This document shows positions 39,160 through 49,167 of a DNA stretch of 63,609 nt, piece after piece. How positions within the stretch are numbered: the first letter of the stretch is position 1; every line of letters begins with the position of its first letter. Position numbers and translations under genes: made by a program. Origin of the DNA: a virus (lineage: Duplodnaviria > Caudoviricetes); the IMG/VR virus record IMGVR_UViG_3300037461_000542, positions 1 to 63,609 of that record. One strand, written 5' to 3'. Below the pieces are notes generated by a model. It was not told the origin of the DNA and ran no database searches. It worked only from the letters and a program-made list of their open reading frames with translations.

Positions 39160-39331
39160 CACTCCTCCCTTCCAATAGAGAAGCCAACTCAATGGCGCAC
39201 GCTTCTTCATCATCGGGTGAGCCATCGAGATTGATCAACCTATTATCCATATCTACATCTGTGATTGTGCAACCATGCCTTGCAGCCACAGAAGCTACAA
39301 GGTTGATAAAGACTACATCTTCATTTGTCAT
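39131..39331 (-). CDS. Hypothetical protein
   Basis: 66-aa coupled ORF. Confidence 0.55.
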   Translation of the reverse strand: MTNEDVVFINLVASVAARHGCTITDVDMDNRLINLDGSPDDEEACAIELASLLEGRSDVKENIPGS

Positions 39332-39530
39332 TAGGTTTAAACTCCTCTATAAGTTTCTTTAAATAGAACGCTGCCTTCTCAAGATCCAACATACCCCCTT
39401 TAAACGGAGCACGATATACGTACTTTATAACCTGCCCCTCAAGGAATGACAACTTGTTGGAAAGAATAAAATCCAGGGGTTCCACCCCACCACGAAATGT
39501 ATACTGTCCTTCCATACCAGGATTTGCCAT
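39321..39530 (-). CDS. DUF3310 / T7 gp1.7-like nucleotide kinase domain protein
   Basis: GGVEPLDFI...FLEGQVIKYVYRAPFKGGMLDLEKAAFYL. Confidence 0.8.
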   Translation of the reverse strand: MANPGMEGQYTFRGGVEPLDFILSNKLSFLEGQVIKYVYRAPFKGGMLDLEKAAFYLKKLIEEFKPNDK

Positions 39531-39594
39531 CACGATGTACCTCCCAGAATTAGTAGTAGAACCACAAACAATAGAAGAACCTCCATAAACTCTG

Positions 39595-40086
39595 TCATAT
39601 CTTCTCACCTGAGGCTGTCTTCTCGGGAATGGTGGGATACTGATCGGTGACGATCACACGAATCAATCTCTTTGCACGAGTACCCACCTGTTTGTACCAA
39701 GCAGATTGTTCCAAATTACGAGCAGCTTCCTCCCATCGTTCCGCTTTCAAAAGAGAAAGAGAGTTCACAAACTTAGCCACCTTCCTGTAATTCATGTTAT
39801 AGCACATATCAAGTAGCACCATACGCCGTTGGCATGACAGATTCCAGAGTTGAAAATCGTTCACGATACGAAGATAGTCAAGGTAGGCTCTTTGAAAATC
39901 CTGATCGAAGAGCCAGTCTGCATACTCACGTATGGTTTCAAACTGCCGCTCTGCGGTATAGCAATGACCCCATCCAAAGGTGGGGTATTTTTTTGAATCG
40001 AGGTACATGATACCCCTGTAGTCCTCTGAGAATTTAATGTGACGCTTTGCCACCTCTTGCATTTCTTTATCGTTGGAACAATTCAT
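39595..40086 (-). CDS. Lysozyme (T4-like, GH24) endolysin
   Basis: E-x8-D-x5-T triad (EDYRGIMYLDSKKYPT), FGWGH, SAWYKQVGTRAKRL. Confidence 0.85.
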   Translation of the reverse strand: MNCSNDKEMQEVAKRHIKFSEDYRGIMYLDSKKYPTFGWGHCYTAERQFETIREYADWLFDQDFQRAYLDYLRIVNDFQLWNLSCQRRMVLLDMCYNMNYRKVAKFVNSLSLLKAERWEEAARNLEQSAWYKQVGTRAKRLIRVIVTDQYPTIPEKTASGEKI

Positions 40087-40096
40087 ACGCCCTCCA

Positions 40097-41824
40097 TTAG
40101 ATTTCGCATGCGCCTGTTGCACAAGATGCAGACTCAGGAGCAGGAGTAGTATCAACATCCAATTTTTCACAAACATAAGTCCTCGCTTCGTCTATCGTAA
40201 TTGGAGTGAGTACCTGACCGGAGCGAGAGCCGTCGCGGTAAACCGTGACTCCTTTAATATCATACAGGTACTCAAAGAGGATGGGGGAGAGATCATCTAC
40301 ACCAAAGGTAGAAGGAACGTTGATCGTCTTGGACACAGCTCCATCTATATACCTCTGACAAGTAGATTGCATATCCAGATGATCAATCGGTGAAAGATCT
40401 CCAGCATCCACGACATAATCTGGTACGTCACTACCAGACAGGAGATGAGAATTAAGTATAGAGTGTACATAAATGCGAGAAGATACACGATCATTTCTTA
40501 CATATCCTTTCGAAAACAATGGTTCAATGCTGCCCGTAACCTCAGGAATAAGAGATATAGTTCCAGTGGGAGCCAAAGCAAGCAAAGTGACATTACGGAT
40601 ACCACTCTCAGAAATTGCCTTCCGAATAGACGGAGGCAACTTACGGACAAAAGACGCTTTGTGGTATTGTACTTTATCATAGGCAGGAAACGCTCCTTTC
40701 TCCTTCGCCAACTCGATAGAAGTACGGTACGCTTGGTCACGTATTACCTTCAGAAGATCTGCTGTTTCCGACAGAGCTGCTTTCGAACCATACCTCAATT
40801 CTTTAGCGAATAGATATTCTGCAAGCCCCATCACACCAAGACCCACCCTCCGACCAGCATGAGCCATGCGTTTGTTTGCTTCCAGTCGATACTTATTTAC
40901 ATCAATTACGTTATCGAGAAATCGTACACCAATAGATACTACTCTTTCTAACTCTTGCCACTTAGTTCTTCCCCCACTATCAACAAATTTTGGAAGTACT
41001 ACCGATGCCAAATCGCAAACATCGAAGGGTGCAAGACAAGTTTCTCCACATGGATTAGTTCCTGTAATAGGAGCGAAGTAATATGAATTATTCTTAATGA
41101 GATTATCCCACACAAGAATCCCAGGTTCCCCACACTCCACCATGTTGGAAAGAATCTTGTACCATAACTCACGAGCATCTACAGTATCGTAGACCTTCCC
41201 CCTGAAGGTCAGATTCCAAGGAGAGCCAGCAAGAACAGACTCAAGGAAAGACTTGGTAACATTAACACTAATGTTAAAGTAAGAAATAGAACCATCCACA
41301 AGCTTTGCGTCGATGAAATGTCGAATTTCTGGGTGAGATACATCACAACTGCCAAGGGAGGCAGCGCGGCGAGAGCCGCCAGATTCAATACAAGCAGCAC
41401 ACCCATCAATAGCTTGCATAAAAGATACAAGTCCACTTGAAACACCTCCTATTCCTTTGATTTCAGCACCCATTGGTCTTAAGGTTGAAAAATTTATGCC
41501 AACACCTCCACCATCAGCCCATAGTTTAAGAGCATTTGCAGCGCAATCTCCAATCTCATCAATAGAATCCCCAATGGGTAGATGATAACAATTAAACAGG
41601 GAGCCACGGCTACGCCCAGCGTTTCTTAAAATCCTCCCCCCTGGGATGAAGAGCAGAGTATTTATAATGTCTGAAAACTGAGTAGCCCATTCATCTCTCT
41701 TCTCTACTGGTTCTGCTTCAGCTATAGCTCTCCCTACTCTGGATGCCAACTCACTCCACTGTGTTTCCTTACCTTCCAGCAGATACCGCTTCTCTACAAT
41801 CTTCTTCGCACTTTCGCTCAGCAC
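40097..41824 (-). CDS. nrdJ: Ribonucleotide reductase class II (B12-dependent)
   Basis: FIPGGRIL, LFNCY, TNPCGE, RRVGLGVMG, APTGTIS, VSKTIN, C-terminal CATGAC. No beta subunit in the genome. Confidence 0.88.
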   Translation of the reverse strand: MLSESAKKIVEKRYLLEGKETQWSELASRVGRAIAEAEPVEKRDEWATQFSDIINTLLFIPGGRILRNAGRSRGSLFNCYHLPIGDSIDEIGDCAANALKLWADGGGVGINFSTLRPMGAEIKGIGGVSSGLVSFMQAIDGCAACIESGGSRRAASLGSCDVSHPEIRHFIDAKLVDGSISYFNISVNVTKSFLESVLAGSPWNLTFRGKVYDTVDARELWYKILSNMVECGEPGILVWDNLIKNNSYYFAPITGTNPCGETCLAPFDVCDLASVVLPKFVDSGGRTKWQELERVVSIGVRFLDNVIDVNKYRLEANKRMAHAGRRVGLGVMGLAEYLFAKELRYGSKAALSETADLLKVIRDQAYRTSIELAKEKGAFPAYDKVQYHKASFVRKLPPSIRKAISESGIRNVTLLALAPTGTISLIPEVTGSIEPLFSKGYVRNDRVSSRIYVHSILNSHLLSGSDVPDYVVDAGDLSPIDHLDMQSTCQRYIDGAVSKTINVPSTFGVDDLSPILFEYLYDIKGVTVYRDGSRSGQVLTPITIDEARTYVCEKLDVDTTPAPESASCATGACEI

Positions 41825-42041
41825 TACGCAACACCTCCCTTGAAATCAAGCATACGAGATCCTCCACTGTTTCTATAGTTCTATCTTCTGGTACAGAGAT
41901 GTTGAATACATCCTCTGCTTGCATTCCTAACTCCATAACATCCAACGAATCCAACCCCAAATCCTTATAAAGATGTGAATCCTTGGAAATTTCTTTTCCT
42001 GGAAACCAACCTTTAAGAACTCGCATCACATTTCTTTCCAC
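41769..42041 (-). CDS. acpP: Acyl carrier protein
   Basis: KDLGLDSLDVMELGMQAEDVFNISVPED..IETVEDLV with the DSL phosphopantetheine Ser. Start uncertain (42041/42029/42026). Confidence 0.8.
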   Translation of the reverse strand: MERNVMRVLKGWFPGKEISKDSHLYKDLGLDSLDVMELGMQAEDVFNISVPEDRTIETVEDLVCLISREVLRSAERKCEEDCREAVSAGR

Positions 42042-42513
42042 GTTTTTTCTGGAACCATTCTTTCCTGGGAGTGACAGCACTCCACAGGAATCCATGTTTC
42101 TCTGCCCATTCTGCATAGGTGGTACGGCTCCCCCTCTCTATCTTATTCTCCGGTTTCTCGAAGATCAAAGCTATCTTCCGTTCTGGATTTGATGTGGCAA
42201 TCGCCATCAACTTACGTCTAACATCTCTTGTGAGTTTCCCCTTGCACTCAAGGGTAGGGCCAGGGACTTTAAAATCTGGGGTATACTTGGCGGGTTTAAA
42301 TGCGTAGACCCACTTCTCTGCTTCATACTCGAATGGAATATCGTTCTCTTCCAACCATGCTTGAGTTCGTACTTCAAGAATGGATTTCAACCCCGCCATC
42401 TTAGCAAACTTACGCGCAGAGGCAGAATGCTGTTCACTCCTCGGCAGGTTTCCCCACCTTTTTAGAACTTCCGTTGCGCTCAACACTATCCTTTTCTTTG
42501 GCATCAGGATCAT
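42013..42513 (-). CDS. T7 endonuclease I-like resolvase
   Basis: KSILEVR...FEYE...YTPDF...LECKG...TTYAEWAEKHGF. Confidence 0.85.
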   Translation of the reverse strand: MILMPKKRIVLSATEVLKRWGNLPRSEQHSASARKFAKMAGLKSILEVRTQAWLEENDIPFEYEAEKWVYAFKPAKYTPDFKVPGPTLECKGKLTRDVRRKLMAIATSNPERKIALIFEKPENKIERGSRTTYAEWAEKHGFLWSAVTPRKEWFQKKRGKKCDASS

Positions 42514-42740
42514 CCTTTAATTTGTTAGTTATTCGACGGATAAATTCCATCTTCATTTCCTCTGGATATTTCATATCTTCATTCATGGGTATGGATCCTC
42601 CTTCTGTTTCACATCCTCTGCTGGATCCAATAGGATTACTGTTTCCTGCTGTGGTTCAACCACAGAACCCCACCAGAGGGCGGCCTCCATGAGACCCACC
42701 CTTCTTTCCAACTGCTCTACTCGCAACTCCAACTGTGTCT

Positions 42741-43664
42741 TCATATCATGATTCTTTCCACAAGACCAGCATCACCTTGTTTATTGTTTTTATAGTGGGC
42801 ATACTGATTGCACCAAGGAGCAACATCACACCATTCTTCACATCTCTTCCTCTTTGGGAGTCTTACCTCCACGAAGATAGTTCCTGGTTGATGTTTCACC
42901 TTCACTTCCTGAGCGTAGGCTATCGCCTCTTCCTTCACTTTAAAATTCTTCATGGAGCGTTTAAGATTGGACGTAGACATGACAGCATAGGTAGTATCTG
43001 AGTCTCGTTCCCACATTTCTTCTGAGGTACAAAGTGGGAGATTCTCGTCGGCTACCTGCTCATTGGATTTCATGAGATTAATTCTATCCCTCACAAAACC
43101 CTCTGTCTCTTCCAAGGGCCAGAACTCCATCTCATATTCTTCCACAGGATCACGAGGAAATCTTTCATCCCTCACAGCATCCACCTGTTTCCAATCAAGG
43201 TAGAGTGCTATGATGTTCAACGACTTCACCTCTATACCCCTACGATGCAGCATGTAGGCATAGATGTTGACCTGCTTGTGCCAGTCCTCCATGTGTGGGT
43301 CAAAGATCTTCTTCCACACCTTGCAGGTCTTAATGTCGTAGAGATGCTTACCATCCATGAGAATATCAAAGGTACCAGAAATCAGGCGGTCCTCAATCTT
43401 ATCAAAGACGGTACGCTCTACATCATACTTGTCGTCGATGAGAGACTGCAACCGCAACCCATCTTCGAACCCACCATGCACACATGAACCAATGAAGGCT
43501 GAGATCTGTTGCTCTGGTCCCCTCTTGATCTCATGCTTATGTCGCTTCATGAGATGTACAATACGTGGGCTATCAATGAGAGTGGTCACACTGTAATCTC
43601 CGTATGATCTATACCTCTTAGACCATACTGCCAACGCATCCATCAACGGTTTAATGTGTTTCAC
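42741..43664 (-). CDS. PD-(D/E)XK exonuclease (Cas4/RecB-like)
   Basis: IGSCVH, ISGTFD, LYDIKT, QVNIYAYM, C-terminal RCEEWCDVAPWC. Confidence 0.8.
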   Translation of the reverse strand: MKHIKPLMDALAVWSKRYRSYGDYSVTTLIDSPRIVHLMKRHKHEIKRGPEQQISAFIGSCVHGGFEDGLRLQSLIDDKYDVERTVFDKIEDRLISGTFDILMDGKHLYDIKTCKVWKKIFDPHMEDWHKQVNIYAYMLHRRGIEVKSLNIIALYLDWKQVDAVRDERFPRDPVEEYEMEFWPLEETEGFVRDRINLMKSNEQVADENLPLCTSEEMWERDSDTTYAVMSTSNLKRSMKNFKVKEEAIAYAQEVKVKHQPGTIFVEVRLPKRKRCEEWCDVAPWCNQYAHYKNNKQGDAGLVERIMI

Positions 43665-43844
43665 ATGACCTCCTCTGGATCCACTCTCTGGATCACATCT
43701 GAGAATGTGAGCATCATCTTCCTGAAATCCTGCAACGAGAGACCAGAATCAAACTTCAAACCATACTCCCCCACCTCAAAGTTGAAGACGAGTTCAAAAT
43801 GTTTCTGTTCATGTCCATCTTCCATCACGTAGATGTCTACGAGT

Positions 43845-44159
43845 TTATTCAAACTCACCTCCACCACACGAGAACTGTTCGTGTGTCTGTAAATAGTATT
43901 TGGTACCCACCTTACGCACACGTACACCAGGAGGCAAATGCCTCATTGCTTTCAGATACTCACCTTTAAAGTTATGACATAACTTATAATACTGTACATC
44001 ATGCGGATCAAATGGCACCCGCAACGGATGCCCCATGTCACTCTCACATTGTTCCAATGCCGGATTCAGCTTCGTCAAGACACGATAACAATCCCCCCAC
44101 CTTGCGTACTCTCTCTGCTTTCTGGAGAGCTGCCAATGTGGGCAGGCCCGACACATCAT
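43845..44159 (-). CDS. Cys-rich hypothetical protein
   Basis: CRACPHW...GDCY; ATGA overlap with the HNH gene. Confidence 0.5.
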   Translation of the reverse strand: MMCRACPHWQLSRKQREYARWGDCYRVLTKLNPALEQCESDMGHPLRVPFDPHDVQYYKLCHNFKGEYLKAMRHLPPGVRVRKVGTKYYLQTHEQFSCGGGEFE

Positions 44160-44641
44160 GCTGCCCTCGCTCTTCGATTCTTACAATTTTCAGACCGTGT
44201 AACCCAGTTGACATTGCCGGGTTCATAGTTTCCGTCGTTGTTAATTCTATTAATTTGAGCAGATTTAAATGGACGTCTTCCAACATCAGAAATAAATTTA
44301 TTAAAAGATGAGTATAAACATTTAATACCACGGCCCCCATAATTTTTATAGTTCCATGTTTTTGTATCAGTGCATCTTTGTTTCATAGTACGAAACACTG
44401 CGTACTCTGGAGTATTACGTAATCCATGTATTCTTGTTATTTCACCAAGTACAGAACGTTTATGACAACCACATGATGTAGTTGTACCATACACAAGATT
44501 TCCGTATGCTACAACTGTTCGTTGCCCACAATCACACAAACAATAGTACATAATTTTTCTTGACTGAGATCGTTTATTCGATAATCTTTCAACCAACAAT
44601 CTACCAAATCGTTTATTAGTTAAATCTTTTACAATTTTCAT
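44156..44641 (-). CDS. Free-standing HNH homing endonuclease
   Basis: DLTNKRFGRL, CLCDCG, SCGC, YGGRGIKC, INRINNDGNYEPGN; AT-rich relative to its flanks. Confidence 0.85.
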   Translation of the reverse strand: MKIVKDLTNKRFGRLLVERLSNKRSQSRKIMYYCLCDCGQRTVVAYGNLVYGTTTSCGCHKRSVLGEITRIHGLRNTPEYAVFRTMKQRCTDTKTWNYKNYGGRGIKCLYSSFNKFISDVGRRPFKSAQINRINNDGNYEPGNVNWVTRSENCKNRRARAA

Positions 44642-45543
44642 TTAACATCTCCGCCTATAATAATTTTATTCCTCACTTTAAACAAACCAGTATTTGTGAA
44701 ATATTTTACAGTAGCGAAACCTCCTATCCAATTATTCATAGGCATATAGCTTTCAGATAGTTTACAAGTACATCCTACCATCCACGAACCTTCATGGGTG
44801 TTGTCCAGCTTCTTGAAGATGTGCTGCTGACTCTGGTGATGATGCCCAAAGATGGTATTCACATGTGTTTTCAAATACATATTGCGTGCCATGTTCACCA
44901 CGTTACCTGTCATGTACACTTCATGACCATGCAAAACGTAGAGCTTACCCAACTGGTAGGGTTCCAGCCCTGAGTTCATACGGGCTACATTGGACACGTA
45001 CTCGATGTCCAACTTCGAAAGATCGAGCAAAGAATCCACCGCCAACTCAGGCAAACGACACAATTCTGGAGCCTTGGTCCAGAGGTAGCGGGTGAGACGA
45101 TGCTCATGGTTCCCCTCAATGTACACGATCTTCTTATGGGGGAAGGTGGATCTGATGTGAGTAAGGAACATACGGACAAGATCAATTTCATCCTTGAAAT
45201 CCATACGATCTGGATCCTGTTTCCAATGGGACACATCCTTGAAGTCTACAAAATCCCCCGCGAGAATCAGTTCATCGGGATCCCACTCACGAGCGTATGT
45301 CAGTGCAATGTCGAGGGCTTGCTGATTATGGTAGGGGATGTGTGGATCAAAGAGAAGGAAAGCTTTACGCTCTGTCCCATTCATGTCCTGCATAACCCTA
45401 TTCCCCTGCATACGATCCGACCATCTACCAGCATAGCGACGAACAGACCTCTCACTACAGCCCAACGCAGCAGCTATCTCCTTGTTGGTCATCTTTGTTT
45501 CTTTAATCATAAACAATATGCGATCTTTTAAGTCCTGATTCAT
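44638..45543 (-). CDS. Calcineurin-like metallophosphoesterase with N-terminal HTH
   Basis: TNKEIAAALGCSERSVRR; DPH, GDFVD, GNHE, HGH, FGHHH. Confidence 0.85.
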   Translation of the reverse strand: MNQDLKDRILFMIKETKMTNKEIAAALGCSERSVRRYAGRWSDRMQGNRVMQDMNGTERKAFLLFDPHIPYHNQQALDIALTYAREWDPDELILAGDFVDFKDVSHWKQDPDRMDFKDEIDLVRMFLTHIRSTFPHKKIVYIEGNHEHRLTRYLWTKAPELCRLPELAVDSLLDLSKLDIEYVSNVARMNSGLEPYQLGKLYVLHGHEVYMTGNVVNMARNMYLKTHVNTIFGHHHQSQQHIFKKLDNTHEGSWMVGCTCKLSESYMPMNNWIGGFATVKYFTNTGLFKVRNKIIIGGDVK

Positions 45544-45684
45544 ATTAATCCTTTCGTACTGCATAATTACTTGTAATCATTTGGAATCCATCCTCAAATT
45601 GAACAAGACATGAATTCTTTTTTCCTTTCGCAACTACAACACAAGTTTGTCCTGTTCTACTTGGTAATTTTTTCCACACATACT

Positions 45685-46236
45685 TCATTCTGTAGGGGGT
45701 GCCAAAGGGTCTGCACTACCCTTCTTCATTTTCTTCGGAGCTTCGGGGAATGGTGCCACAACCCCGTCCTTGATGTAAGGAGTGAGGTACACATCTGCCA
45801 ACTGGGTACAGAAAGCTGCCACATACTCAGGTGACTGCCCCTGAGAGGCTCCGCACGCCACGATAATCTGCTGAGCCAGATAGACACCAGCACTCCTATT
45901 CGTGTCGTCACCACGACTTCCTCCGTCTGCTCTACGGGCAGATGCCTCCTTGGTGTAGGATTTTCCACCACCTTTGGCATACTTCTTGGCGTTGGCAATC
46001 TCATCCTCTGTAGCTTGTTGAATCTTCACGATATTCCAGTAGTCCCCATCTTGCTTCATGGTCACATTGATGGTATCCCCAACCTCACAATCTTCCAACT
46101 GATCCCGAAGATCCTTCTGGTTAGCAAAGAACTTCTTCTTCCATTCCTTGTCATCCTCCAACTTGGTACCCACAATTTCCTTAGCTGCTTTGGTTCCCAA
46201 CTTAGAATCATTGATCTGCGTAAGTTTAATTATCAT
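45685..46236 (-). CDS. Probable OB-fold ssDNA-binding protein
   Basis: EVGDTINVTMKQDGDYWNIVKI followed by a Gly/basic linker; in the replication module. Confidence 0.45.
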   Translation of the reverse strand: MIIKLTQINDSKLGTKAAKEIVGTKLEDDKEWKKKFFANQKDLRDQLEDCEVGDTINVTMKQDGDYWNIVKIQQATEDEIANAKKYAKGGGKSYTKEASARRADGGSRGDDTNRSAGVYLAQQIIVACGASQGQSPEYVAAFCTQLADVYLTPYIKDGVVAPFPEAPKKMKKGSADPLAPPTE

Positions 46237-47299
46237 CTTATTTCCTCCTTTGAATTAAGAGCATTATCCGCAATTGATTTACATTCTTCCACCATCTGTC
46301 TCCACGATACTGTACCTGGACTGTTCTCCTCTATGTCCACTATTTTATGCAGTGCCACTTCAAGCTTCACAATGCGTTGTTCATAATAGCCTACCTTCTC
46401 ACGAATTGCATCTTCTATGGCTCCCATAATCTATTCCTCCATAGCTTTATGCGCTTGATCTAAAACATCCTGATAATTATCTGATATAATTCCAGCAAGA
46501 CATCCTTCATAATAAGCAAGAACCCTCGATAGAACGTCTTTCAGTACCCCTATACGTTTTCTTAATACATCACGTTCTTCTTCCAGCCGCTCAACGTCAG
46601 CGGCGTGGTAGTAGTCGCCTGAATTGTCACCAGGCTCAGAACATCCGTAAGCAGGAGCGTTGTGTCCGTTGCAGTCAAACCGCACCTTACTCATTCCCCA
46701 CCTCCCAGCGCCTTGATTGTTGCAGCTCTGCAAGATATTTTTTCACCACCAGCCGCATAAGCTAAGTCTTTCCACCATTTTCTACTGCGGTTGCATTGTT
46801 TTAACTCTCTTACCAACCGCTCGATCTCGATGTGTACGGCTGTAATCTCATCCCGCAGCCTAACGATTTCCTCAGCCAGCCGCCGGGCATGATTCGCCAG
46901 CACTTCGACGGTATCCGGCCCTCGCTGTTCCGGCTGTGTGCTGAGTGCCTCCCCGGCTATGTCAATCATGCGCTGGTTCTCGGCGCGGAGTGCCATCTCC
47001 CTGTCAACAGCAGCTTCAACATCGCTCATAGATGCTGAGTAGTAAGGGCTATCTTTTGGTACCCTACACAGCGCCGCAGACTCTTGAGTGTTTGCTTGGG
47101 CCACCACCCCGACACCCGCCAAGCGTAGGCGCTCAGTTTCAAGTTCGGCCTCCAACTCCTTGACGCGCTGCTGGAGGGCTGCGTAGTCGGTATAGTTTGC
47201 AACCTTCAAAGCCGGGTCGTGGATGGGACACCCTTTTTTAAAATCTGTCGCTGTGCCTTGATCGCATAAGCACTTCCAGTATGCTTTCATTATCACCAT
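46233..47299 (-). other. Cluster of small coiled-coil accessory ORFs (46233-46427, 46431-46733, 46691-47299)
   Basis: Overlapping short ORFs with 'VERLEEERD' and 'QRVKELEAEL' coils; mosaic GC. Confidence 0.6.
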
Positions 47300-47368
47300 T
47301 ATCCCTCCTTCGTCGCCTCTGCGAGCATTTTATCCCACGATTATTCCAAACCCATAGGTAGGTATGGG

Positions 47369-47632
47369 TCAAGTGGAGATCTTCTCCTGAACCACACCAG
47401 GGGAGAGGGTTGTTGGATTTTTTTTCGATCTCCGGCTGCCCTTCCCCATACGAAACGGCCACAACGGACACAGATTCAACTCACATTCTCGAACTTCAAC
47501 TATGCTGCCACCACTACAATCCAAACAATGGAATCGAATTGCCTTTGATGCCGATAGGTTACGAGTTTCAGTACGTTCTTTTCCTGCCATTAAATATTTA
47601 AATGTGTGATTAAACGCCATGTTATGCCTCAC
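47369..47632 (-). CDS. Small Cys-rich phage protein
   Basis: KAIRFHCLDCSGG...EVRECELNLCPLWPFRMG. Confidence 0.7.
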   Translation of the reverse strand: MRHNMAFNHTFKYLMAGKERTETRNLSASKAIRFHCLDCSGGSIVEVRECELNLCPLWPFRMGKGSRRSKKNPTTLSPGVVQEKIST

Positions 47633-48354
47633 TTCTGTCTTCGTTTATACTCCACTATGACCTTTGAGATTGCATCACTCTTCAGTTTATGCACCCGTTG
47701 TTGAGTGAATCCAAGCTGATTTCCTATGTATTTCTCAGTCTTACCTTTCATTGACATGGACATGACCTGTCTTTCATGAGGTTTCATAAGCAGGGTAGCC
47801 TCTTTCAAAGCACTTTCTTTCATGGTGTCTTCCAACTTCTCACAAAGATCCTGCAATGGATTCCCCTGCATGGGGTAAGTGGCAGGGATGGAGGATCCAA
47901 AGTAAAGATCCCGCTTCGCATCTTTGTTTATCCTCTTGAACTGTTCGTAGGTTTCTTTGTACGTGTTTTGGATAAGGAAATCAACAGCTTGATCTCTACT
48001 CATCTTTCCTGGCTTGATCCTACGTGTCCAGGTGTAGCAAGCGAACTCCACGGTGGACATGATCTCGTCTTTATCTATGAAATTCAGAGCGTTGCGTATC
48101 TTTCGAACTACTATAGGTACCACATCGTTCTTAAATTCCATGTATAGGGTCCACTTCATGGAATCCAGCAACTCTTTATCGGAAGGCCATTCAGCTACCG
48201 TTTCCCAATCAAATCTGCAACATAGGGGTACAGGCCAATGCCGTACACCTGTCCTACCAGTTGCCACTTTACAGAGATGCAACGCTCTCTTTAACTCCAC
48301 CACACGGCCAAACTTCCACTCTCCATCTTTACGCCATCCAATGGCTACAAACAT
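47629..48354 (-). CDS. Sigma70-family RNA polymerase sigma factor-like protein
   Basis: Region-4 HTH LMKPHERQVM...KTEKYIGNQLGFTQQRVHKLKSDAISK. ATG 48354 after AAGGAGG. Confidence 0.65.
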   Translation of the reverse strand: MFVAIGWRKDGEWKFGRVVELKRALHLCKVATGRTGVRHWPVPLCCRFDWETVAEWPSDKELLDSMKWTLYMEFKNDVVPIVVRKIRNALNFIDKDEIMSTVEFACYTWTRRIKPGKMSRDQAVDFLIQNTYKETYEQFKRINKDAKRDLYFGSSIPATYPMQGNPLQDLCEKLEDTMKESALKEATLLMKPHERQVMSMSMKGKTEKYIGNQLGFTQQRVHKLKSDAISKVIVEYKRRQK

Positions 48355-48385
48355 AAGTACCTCCTTGACCAGATATACAGAATTT

Positions 48386-48958
48386 TCACAAATAACAACC
48401 ATCTTTTTTTAGGGAAGCCTCTAACGTACAGATACTATTCATAATATTTTTCATCTCACAGCTCAGGATAAAACGGCCACGGTTACACTCCGCTGTCCTC
48501 ATGTTGATGGCCTCAAGGGTGTCCGCTCCTTCCAGTTCCAGGAATGTACGCTCAAAGTTCTTCATCTTTCCCCAGTACAACTCTTTAAGAAATTGTATTC
48601 GTAACAGTATCTTAACAAGAGGGGAGACCTCCGATGCTCCTGAAACTACACGAGATCGTCCTCTCAATTGTGACACTGAGCTATAACAGAACGGACAATG
48701 GTGCCTGTCCTTGGAATGGAAAGCTGTGAAACAGGACGGACAGATGGTATGATTCTCTGTGAATCTTCGCCTCCTACCAGGAGGAGGCAGATACGTGACC
48801 CTCTCTCTCACTTCATTACAGGCCCGTGGCTCATACTTTATTCCCTGTGGCTCCCTGCATAGGGGACACAGGAGATCGTGGAACCTGGGGGCTGTGAGGA
48901 AGCTACGCACATACTCCTCACTCATCTCTGCCTTGCAGAACTTACACTGGAATCTCAT
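48386..48958 (-). CDS. Double zinc-ribbon protein
   Basis: CKFC..CPLC..CPSC..CPFC; RBS GGAGG. Confidence 0.65.
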   Translation of the reverse strand: MRFQCKFCKAEMSEEYVRSFLTAPRFHDLLCPLCREPQGIKYEPRACNEVRERVTYLPPPGRRRRFTENHTICPSCFTAFHSKDRHHCPFCYSSVSQLRGRSRVVSGASEVSPLVKILLRIQFLKELYWGKMKNFERTFLELEGADTLEAINMRTAECNRGRFILSCEMKNIMNSICTLEASLKKDGCYL

Positions 48959-48992
48959 AGACCCTCCGGGAAGACAACTCCTGTTTAGAATC

Positions 48993-49167
48993 AGGAGAGG
49001 TTTATTTTATTTAAATAGATTATTATATTATAATATTAGTATAAGTATTATTATAATAATATTAATTTATTTATATTAATATATTATTATAATAGTATTA
49101 GTATAATAGTTTATTTATAATATTATTATATTATAATAGTATTAGTATAATATTATATTATAATAGG
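48993..49167. repeat. AT-rich tract B with a 24-nt direct repeat (candidate origin / unwinding element)
   Basis: 175 nt with no C on the + strand. TATTATAATAGTATTAGTATAATA at 49085-49108 and 49129-49152. Confidence 0.85.

Noticed and set aside
44156-44641. HNH mobilising the capsid intron in trans
   Set aside because: The two are about 29 kb apart; collaborative homing normally needs close linkage.
48993-49167. CRISPR-like array
   Set aside because: Only two low-complexity repeat copies, with no unique spacers or cas operon. The Cas4-like nuclease sits in the replication module.
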